DNA of 64,000 nt, from assembly GCA_965197905.1 (NCBI GenBank), contig CBDAOB010000005.1, positions 2,528,001 to 2,592,000 on the forward strand, written 5' to 3'. The notes beneath the pieces are model-generated. The model had not been told where the DNA came from. It was given only the letters and a program-made list of their open reading frames with translations, and did not search any database. The translations under genes were made by a program, and so were the position numbers. The DNA comes from Candidatus Latescibacterota bacterium (GTDB lineage: Bacteria; Latescibacterota; UBA2968; UBA8231). The stretch's first letter is position 1; each line of letters opens with the position of its first letter. This document shows positions 45,120-55,400 of this stretch, one piece after another.

Positions 45120-48100
45120 TTACAGATAACCGAATAGTACCGTAAGATAAAACTTCCACGGTTGTTTGTCGCTTATTTCGTCGATGCCGTAGGCACCATC
45201 GACCTGGATCCTGGTCGGCAGACCGTAATACGACAGCATGTCGAAACGCAACTGCCCTCCAACGTCCCGCAACGGCGCCTTGCGACCGAAGATCGGGTCG
45301 GGATCGCCAAAATTCCTGTCCCATGCTTTCCCCACATCGGCATAGACGGTTCCGTAGAGGCGCTCGAAATATATGTGGGCCAACCGACGCCGAATGCTTG
45401 AGATCAGGGGGAATCGGAATGATGCCGTCGCCATAGCCGCTTTGCGCCCTTCCAGACTGTAGAAAGTGTACCCTTTCATGAACGGCAGCCCCCCAAGGCG
45501 GTAGTCGAAGAAGTCATCGATCAACTCCGGATCATCGACCTCCTCGTTGTCTATCCAACCACCAAAAAAACGCAGTCCGAACGTGGTGTTCCACGGCAGA
45601 GGAACGAACTCGTTCCAGTCGAGTGTGAATTGGTTGTAGAAGAGTTTCTTGTACTCTTCCTTGATAAAGGTCGTATTGCGGTCGAAGTCTTCGAGGAAGT
45701 AGTTGAAGACCCGATCGTAGCGGAAAAAGACTCGTCGGCCTTTGGGATTTATATCGCGGTCTTGCCTGCGCGCGATGCCGTTGTGTCGATAGGTGAAGCC
45801 AATATCGAATCCGTTCAGGTAGGTGTATCCGAACGGCTTCTGTTTCTCCAAATCGAATCCCAAGGTGCCGTCCCGCTTGGGAACAAAGAAATCGAACTCA
45901 ATGCTCGCGTCGTACCTGTCGTAGGTGAGGGAAACGGCCAGTTCGTTGGGCCGGCCCAGATTCCCTCTGAGACCGAGACTCACCTGGTTGAGGTTGAAGT
46001 TCACCGCGTTTATGACCGCATCTCTCGCTTCCGAGCTATCTCCTCTGGAAGCATGCCGCCGCTGGTGAAAAAACTCGGCAAAGAGAGTAGGTCGCCACTT
46101 CTTCAACTCATAGATGAGGAACAAGTCGCGATCGCCGTTTGCCGGCGCGACTGCCGCACCGGCAAATATATTCTGGCGGCCGAGAACGTCTCCGGTTCCC
46201 AGGTACAGGCCCGGTTTGATCTTACCCTCGTCGATCATCAGACGGGGTAAAATCGCCGAATTGAGAAAGTCGATTCGGTAGGGCTCGGAGATTGACGCCC
46301 TGGCAGGTGATGCTCGGACCGGGTCAATCTGGGATTCGGAAGCGTTTCGCGGGAAGTCGGGAGATAAAACCGCCTCAGCCAGGTTCAGCTGGCGGATCCG
46401 GTAACCTTCTGCATTGTAGGCAACAAATGCGACGTCGCCGCCCAACCCCTCCGTCGGAGCCAGCGCGCCTCCCTTGACGTTGGTCAGCTGCGATACATCG
46501 CGTGTTCTCAGGTCGATCCTGTAGATGTTGAATATGCCGTTGATGTCGGAGGCGAACAGGACGCCCTTGCCGTCCCGGGTAAAAACCGGATCCCGGTCTG
46601 TTGCCGTCGTGTTGACGATCAGCTCGATACCCGGAGGGTCGAGCGCCACCGGCTCGGTAGACGCAAGGAGCTGACGTTGGATATTGGCGACCTCCACCAT
46701 GCCGATGTCGCGACGACCGTCGCGGCCGATGGAAAAAACCAGGAGGCGACCGTCAGGCGACCAGCGGGGGGTATACAACTGAGTACCGTCCTCGATTTCG
46801 GTGAGGTAACGAATCTCTTCCCCGTCGGCGCTCAGCAAACCCAGATTGTTGTTGGTGCCCTGATTGCGCACGAACGCGATCCAGTTTCCATCGGGAGAGT
46901 AGCGTGGATAAAAACTGCGAAGCCCGGTGCTGATCCTCCGCAACCGCTCGATGCTGTACCCGGACAGTATTCCAGGGACTGTAGCTAGCAGCTCGGGAAC
47001 CAAACCGACCTCCCGATCATCCAGATCCAGCTCGTAGATATCCGCCTGCCGCGATCCGTACTTGTCGGCCGCGTCCTTCCGCACGAACAATAGCTTGCGG
47101 CCGTTCGCGGACCAGGAAATGGATGAGGTAGACACCCGCGGCACGACGATCTCGTCCTCTTCGCTCTCCAGATCTCTGATCACCAACGAATGGGATCCGT
47201 AGTGACGTTTCAGGCTCGACAGGAAAGCAAGTTTCTTTCCGTCCGGAGAGAACTCCGGCCACATGTTGGAAAACCCTGTCCCGGCCAGCTCTTCCCCCTC
47301 TCGCAGCTTGCCCAACGAGCCCACCTGCGCCGTGTACCTCTCGTGCATGGTTGAGCGCCAGTGAAGGTGCAGCTCCTCGGCGGAGATTCCCAGCACCTGT
47401 TCGATAGCGCCGCCGAAATCGAGAACGGTCCACCCGGAAGCAGCCCGCGCCAGTTCGGCCAATTTCTGCTCGCCGTAGGTGTCCGCGATGTAGCGCACCA
47501 GGGCGAATCCGTGGTCGTAGACGAACTCGTTGCCAAACCCCCGCTTGCCGAACACACCCATGTCGTCTATGGAGAGCAACTCGTGATTGAGCACCGCGGT
47601 TCGCAGAATCATGTCGCGGTGGGAGTCCCACCGGTCGTACTGTTGGTGCTGCGCGACCCCCTCTGAAAACCAGTGGGGAACGTTGATGGTCATGATCGGG
47701 TAAGAGGCCAACCGATCGGGAAAACCAGTCAGAACGTCGGGCCGGTCCTTCTCGCGCTGATAGCCGAAGTATTGGACGTAGAGCGCGGGAATCCGCTGGG
47801 GTCCTTTGCGAGCCGCACCCAATGAAACGATGTGGGTGAACTCATGTGTTATGACGTTACTCAGCCAGTCCGTGCTGCCGCGAAGCTCGTAGTCATGTTC
47901 GAGCGCGGTAGTCCAGATCTCTATGGTATCCTGAAAGAAATAGGCTGCGCCGTTGGCGGAATCGTCGTAATCCTTCAGTACGATCCGCACCTTGGAACCG
48001 GGTTGATAGCCGTACAGCCCCGTGATCGGCGCGTACACCTCCTCCGCCACCTCCGCGGCTTTGCCGGCGGCGGTTTCCAGGCCTTCATGGTAAAGCACCC

Positions 48101-48290
48101 GGAAATGCTCCGTTTCCAGAACCTGCCATAGGAGTTCCGGGTGATTCTGTGCCTTCGCAGCGGGTGCCAGCAGGAACAACAGAGGGATGAGCGAGGTAAT
48201 CCACGCTACACCGGCGGGCGTCGATGGCTCGCAACCCGAGCGCGACGCGGATCCCCAGACCGACCCTGACACTGCGGGTAGCAATTTCAA
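45120..48290 (-). CDS. zinc-peptidase domain + TolB-like (PD40) beta-propeller + Omp85/BamA-type beta-barrel (start uncertain)
   Basis: LETEHFRVLYH, ITHEFTH...WFSEGVAQ, repeats PEFSPDGK / PRYSPDGN / PRWSPDGR / PVFTRDGK, barrel with LGGLPFMKGY loop, YADVGKAW, C-terminal FYLTVLFGYL. TTG at 48290 overlaps the upstream TGA. Confidence 0.8.
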   Translation of the reverse strand: MKLLPAVSGSVWGSASRSGCEPSTPAGVAWITSLIPLLFLLAPAAKAQNHPELLWQVLETEHFRVLYHEGLETAAGKAAEVAEEVYAPITGLYGYQPGSKVRIVLKDYDDSANGAAYFFQDTIEIWTTALEHDYELRGSTDWLSNVITHEFTHIVSLGAARKGPQRIPALYVQYFGYQREKDRPDVLTGFPDRLASYPIMTINVPHWFSEGVAQHQQYDRWDSHRDMILRTAVLNHELLSIDDMGVFGKRGFGNEFVYDHGFALVRYIADTYGEQKLAELARAASGWTVLDFGGAIEQVLGISAEELHLHWRSTMHERYTAQVGSLGKLREGEELAGTGFSNMWPEFSPDGKKLAFLSSLKRHYGSHSLVIRDLESEEDEIVVPRVSTSSISWSANGRKLLFVRKDAADKYGSRQADIYELDLDDREVGLVPELLATVPGILSGYSIERLRRISTGLRSFYPRYSPDGNWIAFVRNQGTNNNLGLLSADGEEIRYLTEIEDGTQLYTPRWSPDGRLLVFSIGRDGRRDIGMVEVANIQRQLLASTEPVALDPPGIELIVNTTATDRDPVFTRDGKGVLFASDINGIFNIYRIDLRTRDVSQLTNVKGGALAPTEGLGGDVAFVAYNAEGYRIRQLNLAEAVLSPDFPRNASESQIDPVRASPARASISEPYRIDFLNSAILPRLMIDEGKIKPGLYLGTGDVLGRQNIFAGAAVAPANGDRDLFLIYELKKWRPTLFAEFFHQRRHASRGDSSEARDAVINAVNFNLNQVSLGLRGNLGRPNELAVSLTYDRYDASIEFDFFVPKRDGTLGFDLEKQKPFGYTYLNGFDIGFTYRHNGIARRQDRDINPKGRRVFFRYDRVFNYFLEDFDRNTTFIKEEYKKLFYNQFTLDWNEFVPLPWNTTFGLRFFGGWIDNEEVDDPELIDDFFDYRLGGLPFMKGYTFYSLEGRKAAMATASFRFPLISSIRRRLAHIYFERLYGTVYADVGKAWDRNFGDPDPIFGRKAPLRDVGGQLRFDMLSYYGLPTRIQVDGAYGIDEISDKQPWKFYLTVLFGYL

Positions 48291-51235
48291 TTGCGAACCG
48301 CCAAACGCACGAAAGCCTCTGCCTTGCCCCCGTTTGCTTCCTTGGCACGCAAGCGGCAGATGTACAGACCACTGGCGTAACTTTTCAGCGACCAACGAAG
48401 CTCGTTTTCCGAGGGGGTCAACAAGCCGCCTTCCCGTTCGATTCGATCGATCCTGTTGCCCACGGCATCGAAGACCTCGAGGGTCATTCGTGCGGGGCGC
48501 GCGAGAAAGAACCGCAGGTGAGCGGCGTCTACAGCCGCCGCCGGGTTCGGATAACAGTAAACCATCCCGGCGGGCATCAGTTCGTTGGTTGGTGCCACCG
48601 GGCGAGGTCCCGTATCCGGGGCTGCGTTAAGCGCTCGCGCATCAAAGCCATCCTGGGGCCAAGCGGCGGCTCTCCCCGCATACTGCTCGCTCACCGCGCG
48701 CGGATTCCACACATACACCGCATCAGACCCGACAGCGGCGAGCTCGAGCAACCCATCGCCGCTCAAGTCCGCGGCCACCGGTGTTGCGTTTACCGGAGAG
48801 GTCGTCAGCATCGGCAGTCCAGACAGCGGCCCCCCGTTGGCGTCCATACCCAACACCCCTTTACCCGTACCGGCAAACAGCTCCTGATTCATGTTTCCGT
48901 CGAGATCCGCTAGAATGGGCTCGGTGCGCAGCGGCCCGAGCTCGAGAAAATGGGCGGGGCCCGACGGAAAATCGCGTTGGGTAAGACCGGTTCCATCGAG
49001 AACATGGAAATCGGTCTCCGTAGCAATGGCTATCTCCAGCAGACCGTCGCCATCCACGTCGCCCAGCGCCGGAGCGCCGATAGCGGGAGACGGAAGGCGG
49101 GTGGCAAACTCATGGCCTGCGCTGGAGATGCTCGAAACCTGATCGCCTCCAGAATGTATGATCTCCGCAGTCCCATCCCCGTCGATATCGCCGGCGACGA
49201 TTCTACCCGCCCTGGTCACCAAATCCCTGAATGGCAGCGTGCCCGATATTTCCAGGAGCAATACCTGAGCCTCATCGGCGATCGCCAATTCTGTCCCACC
49301 ATCGCCGTCCAGGTCTGCCGCCGCCAGGGCTATAGCAGTCACCGGCTCGCGTCTAATCTCCTGCCCGGTTTGGGAATTGAGAAAAATCAGCTCGTCTGTG
49401 GCGAGGGCGAGGACGGTTCCGGCGGACAGGCCGTCGATCTCAGTCAGGAATGATGCGGCATCGACGGAATCGTCCACCACCGCCGCCCACAGGGGTTCTG
49501 CATCGCCGACGCGCCAGGCAGAGACCTCGGATTCCCGCTGGACAAACAGATCCCAGCGACCGTCGCTGTCGGCGTCACCCGCGGCCAGCAAGCGGGCACC
49601 GGGTACCATCCAGGCCAGTGCCCCGGCATCCCGCACCCCGGTCCACACCCCGACATCATCGGTCCACACCAGCTCCAGCTCTCCGTTGCCGTTGAGATCG
49701 GCAGCCTGCAATCGCCGACCATCAACGGCTGCTCGGGGCCAACCGGTCAGTGAGCGTTCGAATCGAATGTCTACCTCCACGATGTCTCCCGGAGGACTCA
49801 AGACCTCGATCCGCAACCCGCTGACCATGCCCGTGTTGCTGCTGCTATTGGGGGTGGTTTCGGTTTCGAACACGGCCTGACCATTCGCGTGGAACGGGTC
49901 GTCGGGCGAGCCTTCGATCTGGTCCAGTCGGGAGAAGATCGGATTGCCCACGTCCCGGTACCCATCCGCCTCTTCCAGGGCGATGCCCTGGCGCACCGGA
50001 TCGTTGTTGACGGCACCTGCCCCGATTCGATCGGCGATGATTTTGTCATCCACATGCCATATGAGAACCCCCGATCCGGGTACGAACGCGTCGTATTCCT
50101 CCACGGCGCGCCACACCCCGGCGCGATCGTCGCGGGAGAACTCCACGGTTCCAGCATCGATCCAAATCGTTTCGTCGTCGTCAAACGGACTAGAGACCCC
50201 TGGAGGCGTACCTTTGTTGGCCCTCTGCACGCGATTCTCCAGAAGGAAATATTCGGTATCAGTGATCGGGATCCGAATCGCTTTGGGCAGATCGGAACTG
50301 CGGTCGGTAGCCGACAACCGGATGGTCGTGTCCCGCGAGACTACAACGGGTTCGATCCAACCAAGACGCGCCTTGCTCCAAGCCATCGGATGGGGCGCTA
50401 CGAAACCGAGGGTAAACAACAAACTGTCCTGGAGTATGAAACCACGCACGTTCGCACCCACATCCATGAGGCTCCATGCCCCCAGAGCCGGCAGGCCATC
50501 GGCAAAATTCGACAGGCCGATGAGGCCCAGTTGATGACCGAAGAATTTGGCGAACAGGCCGTTCATCCCGGCCCGTCCGTTTTGACTCAAACTCTCGGGA
50601 AGTATCCAGGCGTCGCGAATTTCCCGACCGCAGTTTCCCTCGCCGGCCACGAGGGGTGTGGCCAGGAAATCCCGCATATCGGTGGTGTCCAGGTAGACTG
50701 AGCGGATGTCGTTGAGTTCGCCGGTTTCATGGCCGACTCCGGCGTGAATGATCAGAAAGCTGTTGAAATCCGCGAAACAGGGACCCGCGGGATCTGCCGC
50801 GGCGCTGTCAACGGCTGCAGATATGAGCTCGACCCATTTGGAGCCGATCTCGGCTGACAACCGCCCGTTTCCGTAGCTCAATGCCGATCGGGGCATGGAG
50901 TAGGCTACCTCGGGCTCGCGCGGAAAGACCTCGTACTCGATCTGCACCTCTTCATCCGATACGACCATGTAGTAGCGAGCCAGGGCGTCCAGATGATGAG
51001 CAAAATAGGCGGAATCGTGCGGGGGCGTGTCGTACGGAAAGGGATAGTCCGGTCGCGCTTCGCGGAACCCGCGCAAATCGAACTTCCCCCGACCCGTAGT
51101 TGTGGATTCGTCAGGTTCCTCCAGCGGAAAATCGACCCGCAACGCGAGTATTCGCCACTCCTGGGCTGCGTGGACGGAAGCCACGGAAACCACCGCCACA
51201 CAACAGGATAGAAGAAGAGTTCTCAGTGTGAGCAA
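48287..51235 (-). CDS. M6 (immune inhibitor A)-like domain with degenerate zinc site + FG-GAP/VCBS repeats + T9SS-type CTD
   Basis: ILALRVDFP, FLIIHAGVG, WSLMDVG Met-turn, AWSKARLGW, EYFLLENR, SGVLIWHVD; repeated ADLDGDG..E; CTD YPNP...SGLYICRL. Confidence 0.8.
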   Translation of the reverse strand: MLTLRTLLLSCCVAVVSVASVHAAQEWRILALRVDFPLEEPDESTTTGRGKFDLRGFREARPDYPFPYDTPPHDSAYFAHHLDALARYYMVVSDEEVQIEYEVFPREPEVAYSMPRSALSYGNGRLSAEIGSKWVELISAAVDSAAADPAGPCFADFNSFLIIHAGVGHETGELNDIRSVYLDTTDMRDFLATPLVAGEGNCGREIRDAWILPESLSQNGRAGMNGLFAKFFGHQLGLIGLSNFADGLPALGAWSLMDVGANVRGFILQDSLLFTLGFVAPHPMAWSKARLGWIEPVVVSRDTTIRLSATDRSSDLPKAIRIPITDTEYFLLENRVQRANKGTPPGVSSPFDDDETIWIDAGTVEFSRDDRAGVWRAVEEYDAFVPGSGVLIWHVDDKIIADRIGAGAVNNDPVRQGIALEEADGYRDVGNPIFSRLDQIEGSPDDPFHANGQAVFETETTPNSSSNTGMVSGLRIEVLSPPGDIVEVDIRFERSLTGWPRAAVDGRRLQAADLNGNGELELVWTDDVGVWTGVRDAGALAWMVPGARLLAAGDADSDGRWDLFVQRESEVSAWRVGDAEPLWAAVVDDSVDAASFLTEIDGLSAGTVLALATDELIFLNSQTGQEIRREPVTAIALAAADLDGDGGTELAIADEAQVLLLEISGTLPFRDLVTRAGRIVAGDIDGDGTAEIIHSGGDQVSSISSAGHEFATRLPSPAIGAPALGDVDGDGLLEIAIATETDFHVLDGTGLTQRDFPSGPAHFLELGPLRTEPILADLDGNMNQELFAGTGKGVLGMDANGGPLSGLPMLTTSPVNATPVAADLSGDGLLELAAVGSDAVYVWNPRAVSEQYAGRAAAWPQDGFDARALNAAPDTGPRPVAPTNELMPAGMVYCYPNPAAAVDAAHLRFFLARPARMTLEVFDAVGNRIDRIEREGGLLTPSENELRWSLKSYASGLYICRLRAKEANGGKAEAFVRLAVRN

Positions 51236-51320
51236 CTGCAGAAAGGGGTAAGAAAACCGAGAACCTATCCGCAGCAGCCGAAACGGTATTCCCGCGGCTG
51301 CCCGGATGGTCTGGCCTTTC

Positions 51321-52355
51321 TCAGAAGATGAGGTTCAGGGAGAACCGAGTGTTGTCGTCGACCGGTGTGCCGTCTCCGATTATGTAAGCCACGTCGAGCT
51401 GGAAAATATTGTATCGAAGACCTACGCCTGCGGTCCACAGATTCAGGTCGCCGTCATCGTCCATCGAGCGACCACCTCGCATGGCGAAGAACGCATCCTC
51501 CTGGCCATACCGATATTCCGCGCCGAGATGGATGTCGATCTCCTTAAACTCGTCTCCCAGGGACTCATCCGCCCATGCCTTGAGCAGATTGCTCATAAAA
51601 GTGCCGTCGGCGATCAGCGGTTTGTAGATGTCCAGCGAAAACAGGAGGTCGTTGAACTCGCTATCCAGTGCCTCGTAAGCCAATCCGACGACGATGTGCT
51701 GCGGCAGAGGGTCCGCCTGGCTGGCGTCGATGTAGGCTATCTTGGGCCCAAGGTTTCTCAGGGCGGCGCCGAAGGTCAGCGTCGGATTGACCCGCCACAG
51801 ATAACCCAGGTCTGCGGCGAAACTGTTCCCGACCCCCTTGCCCCGCTCGATACCGGCTCCCTGATCGGCCAGGTTGCTGCGAATAAACTTCAAACCGATA
51901 CCCGCGGACATGTTCTGTCCGATTTCGGCGCCGTACGCACCCGAGACCGCTACATCGTAGCTGCGAAAGGTCCCCTGGGCGTTTCCCCGTTCGTCCGTCC
52001 GCAGCTGCTCACCGAGGTTTAGCAGCGCGATATTGACTCCGAAGTTGCCCCAACCCTCGATGGGCTGTGCATAACCGAGGAACTCATAAGAAAGATCGTC
52101 AGCCAACCCTGGAAGCCACTTCATGTGGGTAAAGTTCAGCTTCCTCCCTTGCTGGCCCGAGAGGGCCGCCGGGTTGAAGTAACTCGCCGTGGCATCGTCG
52201 GCGATAGCCACGTACGACTCCCCCATGGCGATGCCTCGGGCTCCCGGTTCGATCAAAAGAAACAGTACTGCAGACCGGCTCTCGGGTGTGGCGTGAGCAA
52301 CGGTCGCGCCGAGAGCGACGAACCCCGCAAACAGAAAGGCGCAGAGCTTGTTCAT
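51321..52355 (-). CDS. porV: T9SS outer-membrane shuttle protein PorV family
   Basis: SAVLFLLIEPGARGIAMGE...ADDATASYFNPA, KWLPGLADD, NLGPKIAY, DPLP, C-terminal TRFSLNLIF; directly downstream of porU. Confidence 0.85.
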   Translation of the reverse strand: MNKLCAFLFAGFVALGATVAHATPESRSAVLFLLIEPGARGIAMGESYVAIADDATASYFNPAALSGQQGRKLNFTHMKWLPGLADDLSYEFLGYAQPIEGWGNFGVNIALLNLGEQLRTDERGNAQGTFRSYDVAVSGAYGAEIGQNMSAGIGLKFIRSNLADQGAGIERGKGVGNSFAADLGYLWRVNPTLTFGAALRNLGPKIAYIDASQADPLPQHIVVGLAYEALDSEFNDLLFSLDIYKPLIADGTFMSNLLKAWADESLGDEFKEIDIHLGAEYRYGQEDAFFAMRGGRSMDDDGDLNLWTAGVGLRYNIFQLDVAYIIGDGTPVDDNTRFSLNLIF

Positions 52356-52487
52356 TGAGAGACCTCCTCAGACTTGAGTTTGAGCTTTCGATACTGAATA
52401 CTGCAAAAACGTTCGCTCATTCCTTCAAGCTGCTCCTCCTGTTTCCTTTTTTGGTGTGCTGCTCGGATGTGGGATCGCGAGACAACA

Positions 52488-55400
52488 CTATTCCTGAATG
52501 ACTTGCAGGGCAGCGGTCCGTTTGACTGACTTGCCTTCTTCAGTCTTCGCCCGAACGCGATACAACAGAGTACCTCCGGCCACCTTGTGCGCAGGGTTCC
52601 ACGCAACCTGGTTGAAACCCAACTCAGTGGAACCCTCAATTTCGTCAACCAGACGGCCACTAACCGTGAAGATCTTAATATCGACCTCAGTTGCCATAGA
52701 CTTTAAAATGTACGTGAAGTGGCCTTCTTCGGCCATCGGATTCGGCACAAAAAGAACCTCGGTGAGAACCTCGGCGCCGGCCGCGGCGACATCGACCGTT
52801 ACTTCCACGCTCCCCGAGTTATTGAAGGAATCCCACGCCTTCAGACGTATCGAGTGCTCACCCGGTTCCAAAGCCGGGAGTTGGAATTCCAGGCTGCCTG
52901 TGGCATAACCATCGCCCGCAATGAACGCCTCGGTCACCTGAAAGACCTGGTTGTCAATCACCAGCTCGATCTCGTGGCCGGTCTCCCCCGTGATGTTGAT
53001 GCCACTGGGATCACTGATCGATGCCTGCAACACCGCCTCCTGCGGGATGGCGTCACCGGTTTCGAACCCGCTCTGCCCCTGAAATTGGATTCGAATAGCA
53101 GGACCTTCATCGTCTGCTGCAACGTCGTCGGCCGTACCGGCAAGCACCAATCCGTCTAACGATCCGAAGGCGCTCGGTCGGCCATCTGCCGATGCATAGG
53201 CGCTGACGCGACCGCGTACGCCGCGATAGGTAATGTCCTTGGGCACCCTGAACTCGGTTTCAAAGCGACCGTTCTCGACATTCAGATTCGCCCTGAACAG
53301 GGGCGACCCCAGCTGGACGTAAGTGAACCCGTCCAGCTGACTCGCAAGCGCCGAGTCGAATGCGTTTACGAGAACCTCGCCATTGAAATCGTTCGCGAAG
53401 TTGCCCTGCTGATCGACGATTCGACCGCTGATGTGCACGGCGCCGAGGGCCCGCAGGGTATCCGGGGCTACTAGAATGACCCGGTAACGAGGGCTTGCCA
53501 GGCGCATTGCTGGATCGCCGATCAGCGAGTATCGCTGCACATTGACGCGATCTATTTCGGAGATTTGTACCAGTTGCTTCGCCTCCATAAGCCCAAGTCC
53601 GACTGGGACGGCTTCGCGTTCAGAGCGGTACATCCTATCGTGAAACATATAGGCCAGGGTCATGTTGCTATGATGGAATCCGACCCTGGTGGCCGAAATC
53701 ATTCCGATTACCCCACCGGAGGGCAGCTTTAGAAGATCCTCGGGCATGGAGCTGCGCACCGGATCATCGAATGGGCCCACCTGACTGGCTGCCATAAACA
53801 TGAACGGGAGGCGAGAGCCGTTAGCTACATCACCCAGATCGCGGGAAGTGACGAACATCTGCTCATGGGCCAGGGTCTGCCAGTTGCCATGTCCGAGATA
53901 GGTGACGATGAGCGCCCCCTCGTTGAACCGCTGAAGGAATTCGTCGCGGGCCCGAGGTTTTAAACGACCCTCCAATGGAAACTGGGCCAGGTAGAGTTTG
54001 CGCAAGTCGAGTCTCGCCGGTAGAAAGCCGCTCGCCATGCGCTCGGCGTCCCAGAGAAACCACGACTCGACCTCCCCCGGTTTGTCGGAATTGTGCAAAT
54101 CGTCGGCGATGAGGAGAACCCGGCTTCGCCAGGCACCTTCTTCCAGCTCGCTATCGTAATCGATCAGCTTGTCCACCACTAAGTCGGCTTCCGCGGCCGT
54201 TTGGACCGTCAGCCTGCCGATCGCCATATCCGGGATCCGGTCATCTCCGGCAACCCGAACATACCACTCATCGTAGGTGCTTTCGCCATCTTGATACGGC
54301 GGGATCCAGTTGCCCGGACTGGTGCCCGAGTTGTTTTTGTAGTCATAGCTGCCGTCCCCCAAGAGAACCACATACAGCGGGGCGGGATCCCAGTTCTCGG
54401 CAGCGAATTTCATGAAGTTTCGAATCGCCGCCGGGTCGACCAACCCCCCGGAGAACTCGTCGTAGATGTCGGCCACGTCTACAACCCTGCTGGACAAAGC
54501 CGTGCCGTGCCGCTCGTCCTGCGCCCGCCATGCGGCCAGGCGTTCCGCTGCGGCGAGAAAGTCGCGGTGAGTTATGACCAGGTAGTTTGCTCCCTGACCG
54601 GCTCTTCTCAGGTTTGCCGAGCGATCGAGCTCCACCCTGATAGGTTTCTTCCATCTCTCCTCCCCAGCCACTAAATAACTCCGCGGTGCGGGGGCCGCCG
54701 CGTCCTGGAATCGAACCGTTCCCGCCACCGGGTCGTGGACGAAATCGACGATCTCGGCGAGCTCATCGGAGAATTCGAAGATTCGAGGCTGCTCCTGCCG
54801 GAATCCGGTAAGGTGATATTCCAGCAGATCCGAACCCACAATTCCATCGAAACGAAGCTCAGATCGTTGCGCTGAAAGCAGTCGCGAGTATTCAATTTCG
54901 TACCAGTCCAGTCTCGTGCGATGCTTGTTTTCGTGCACCAACCCCAAATGATTCACCCCTTCCCGTGCCCCCGCCTCGGCACGAAACTCAGAGGTATCAA
55001 CTTGGCTGCCGAAGTAGGATATCTTGCCGATCTCTTCGTCGTTCCACTTGACCGAGAATGGATGGTCTTGAAAAGTCCAGCCATAGAACCGAATGCGGAT
55101 ATCCACAGGCTCGTCGACGGCGTCGCGGACAGCGGTCGAGAAATTTCGAGCGTTGCCTTGAAAATCTTCCCAGTACCACTCGTAGCCGGACCGAACCGAA
55201 AAGGTCTGAATCAATATCTTTGCTTCCGTCTCCACATGCTCGCGAACCCTGTGATCGGTGACAACCTGTGGATCCGAGGCCTGGAGCGAGCCATCTCTAA
55301 CGACGTGGCGAAGCCCCGCTTGTGCGCCGGCAATCTCCAGCCAATAGATGTTCTGCTTCGTGTATAGATTGCGGCGAAAGGAGTATTCACCTCGGTTGCC

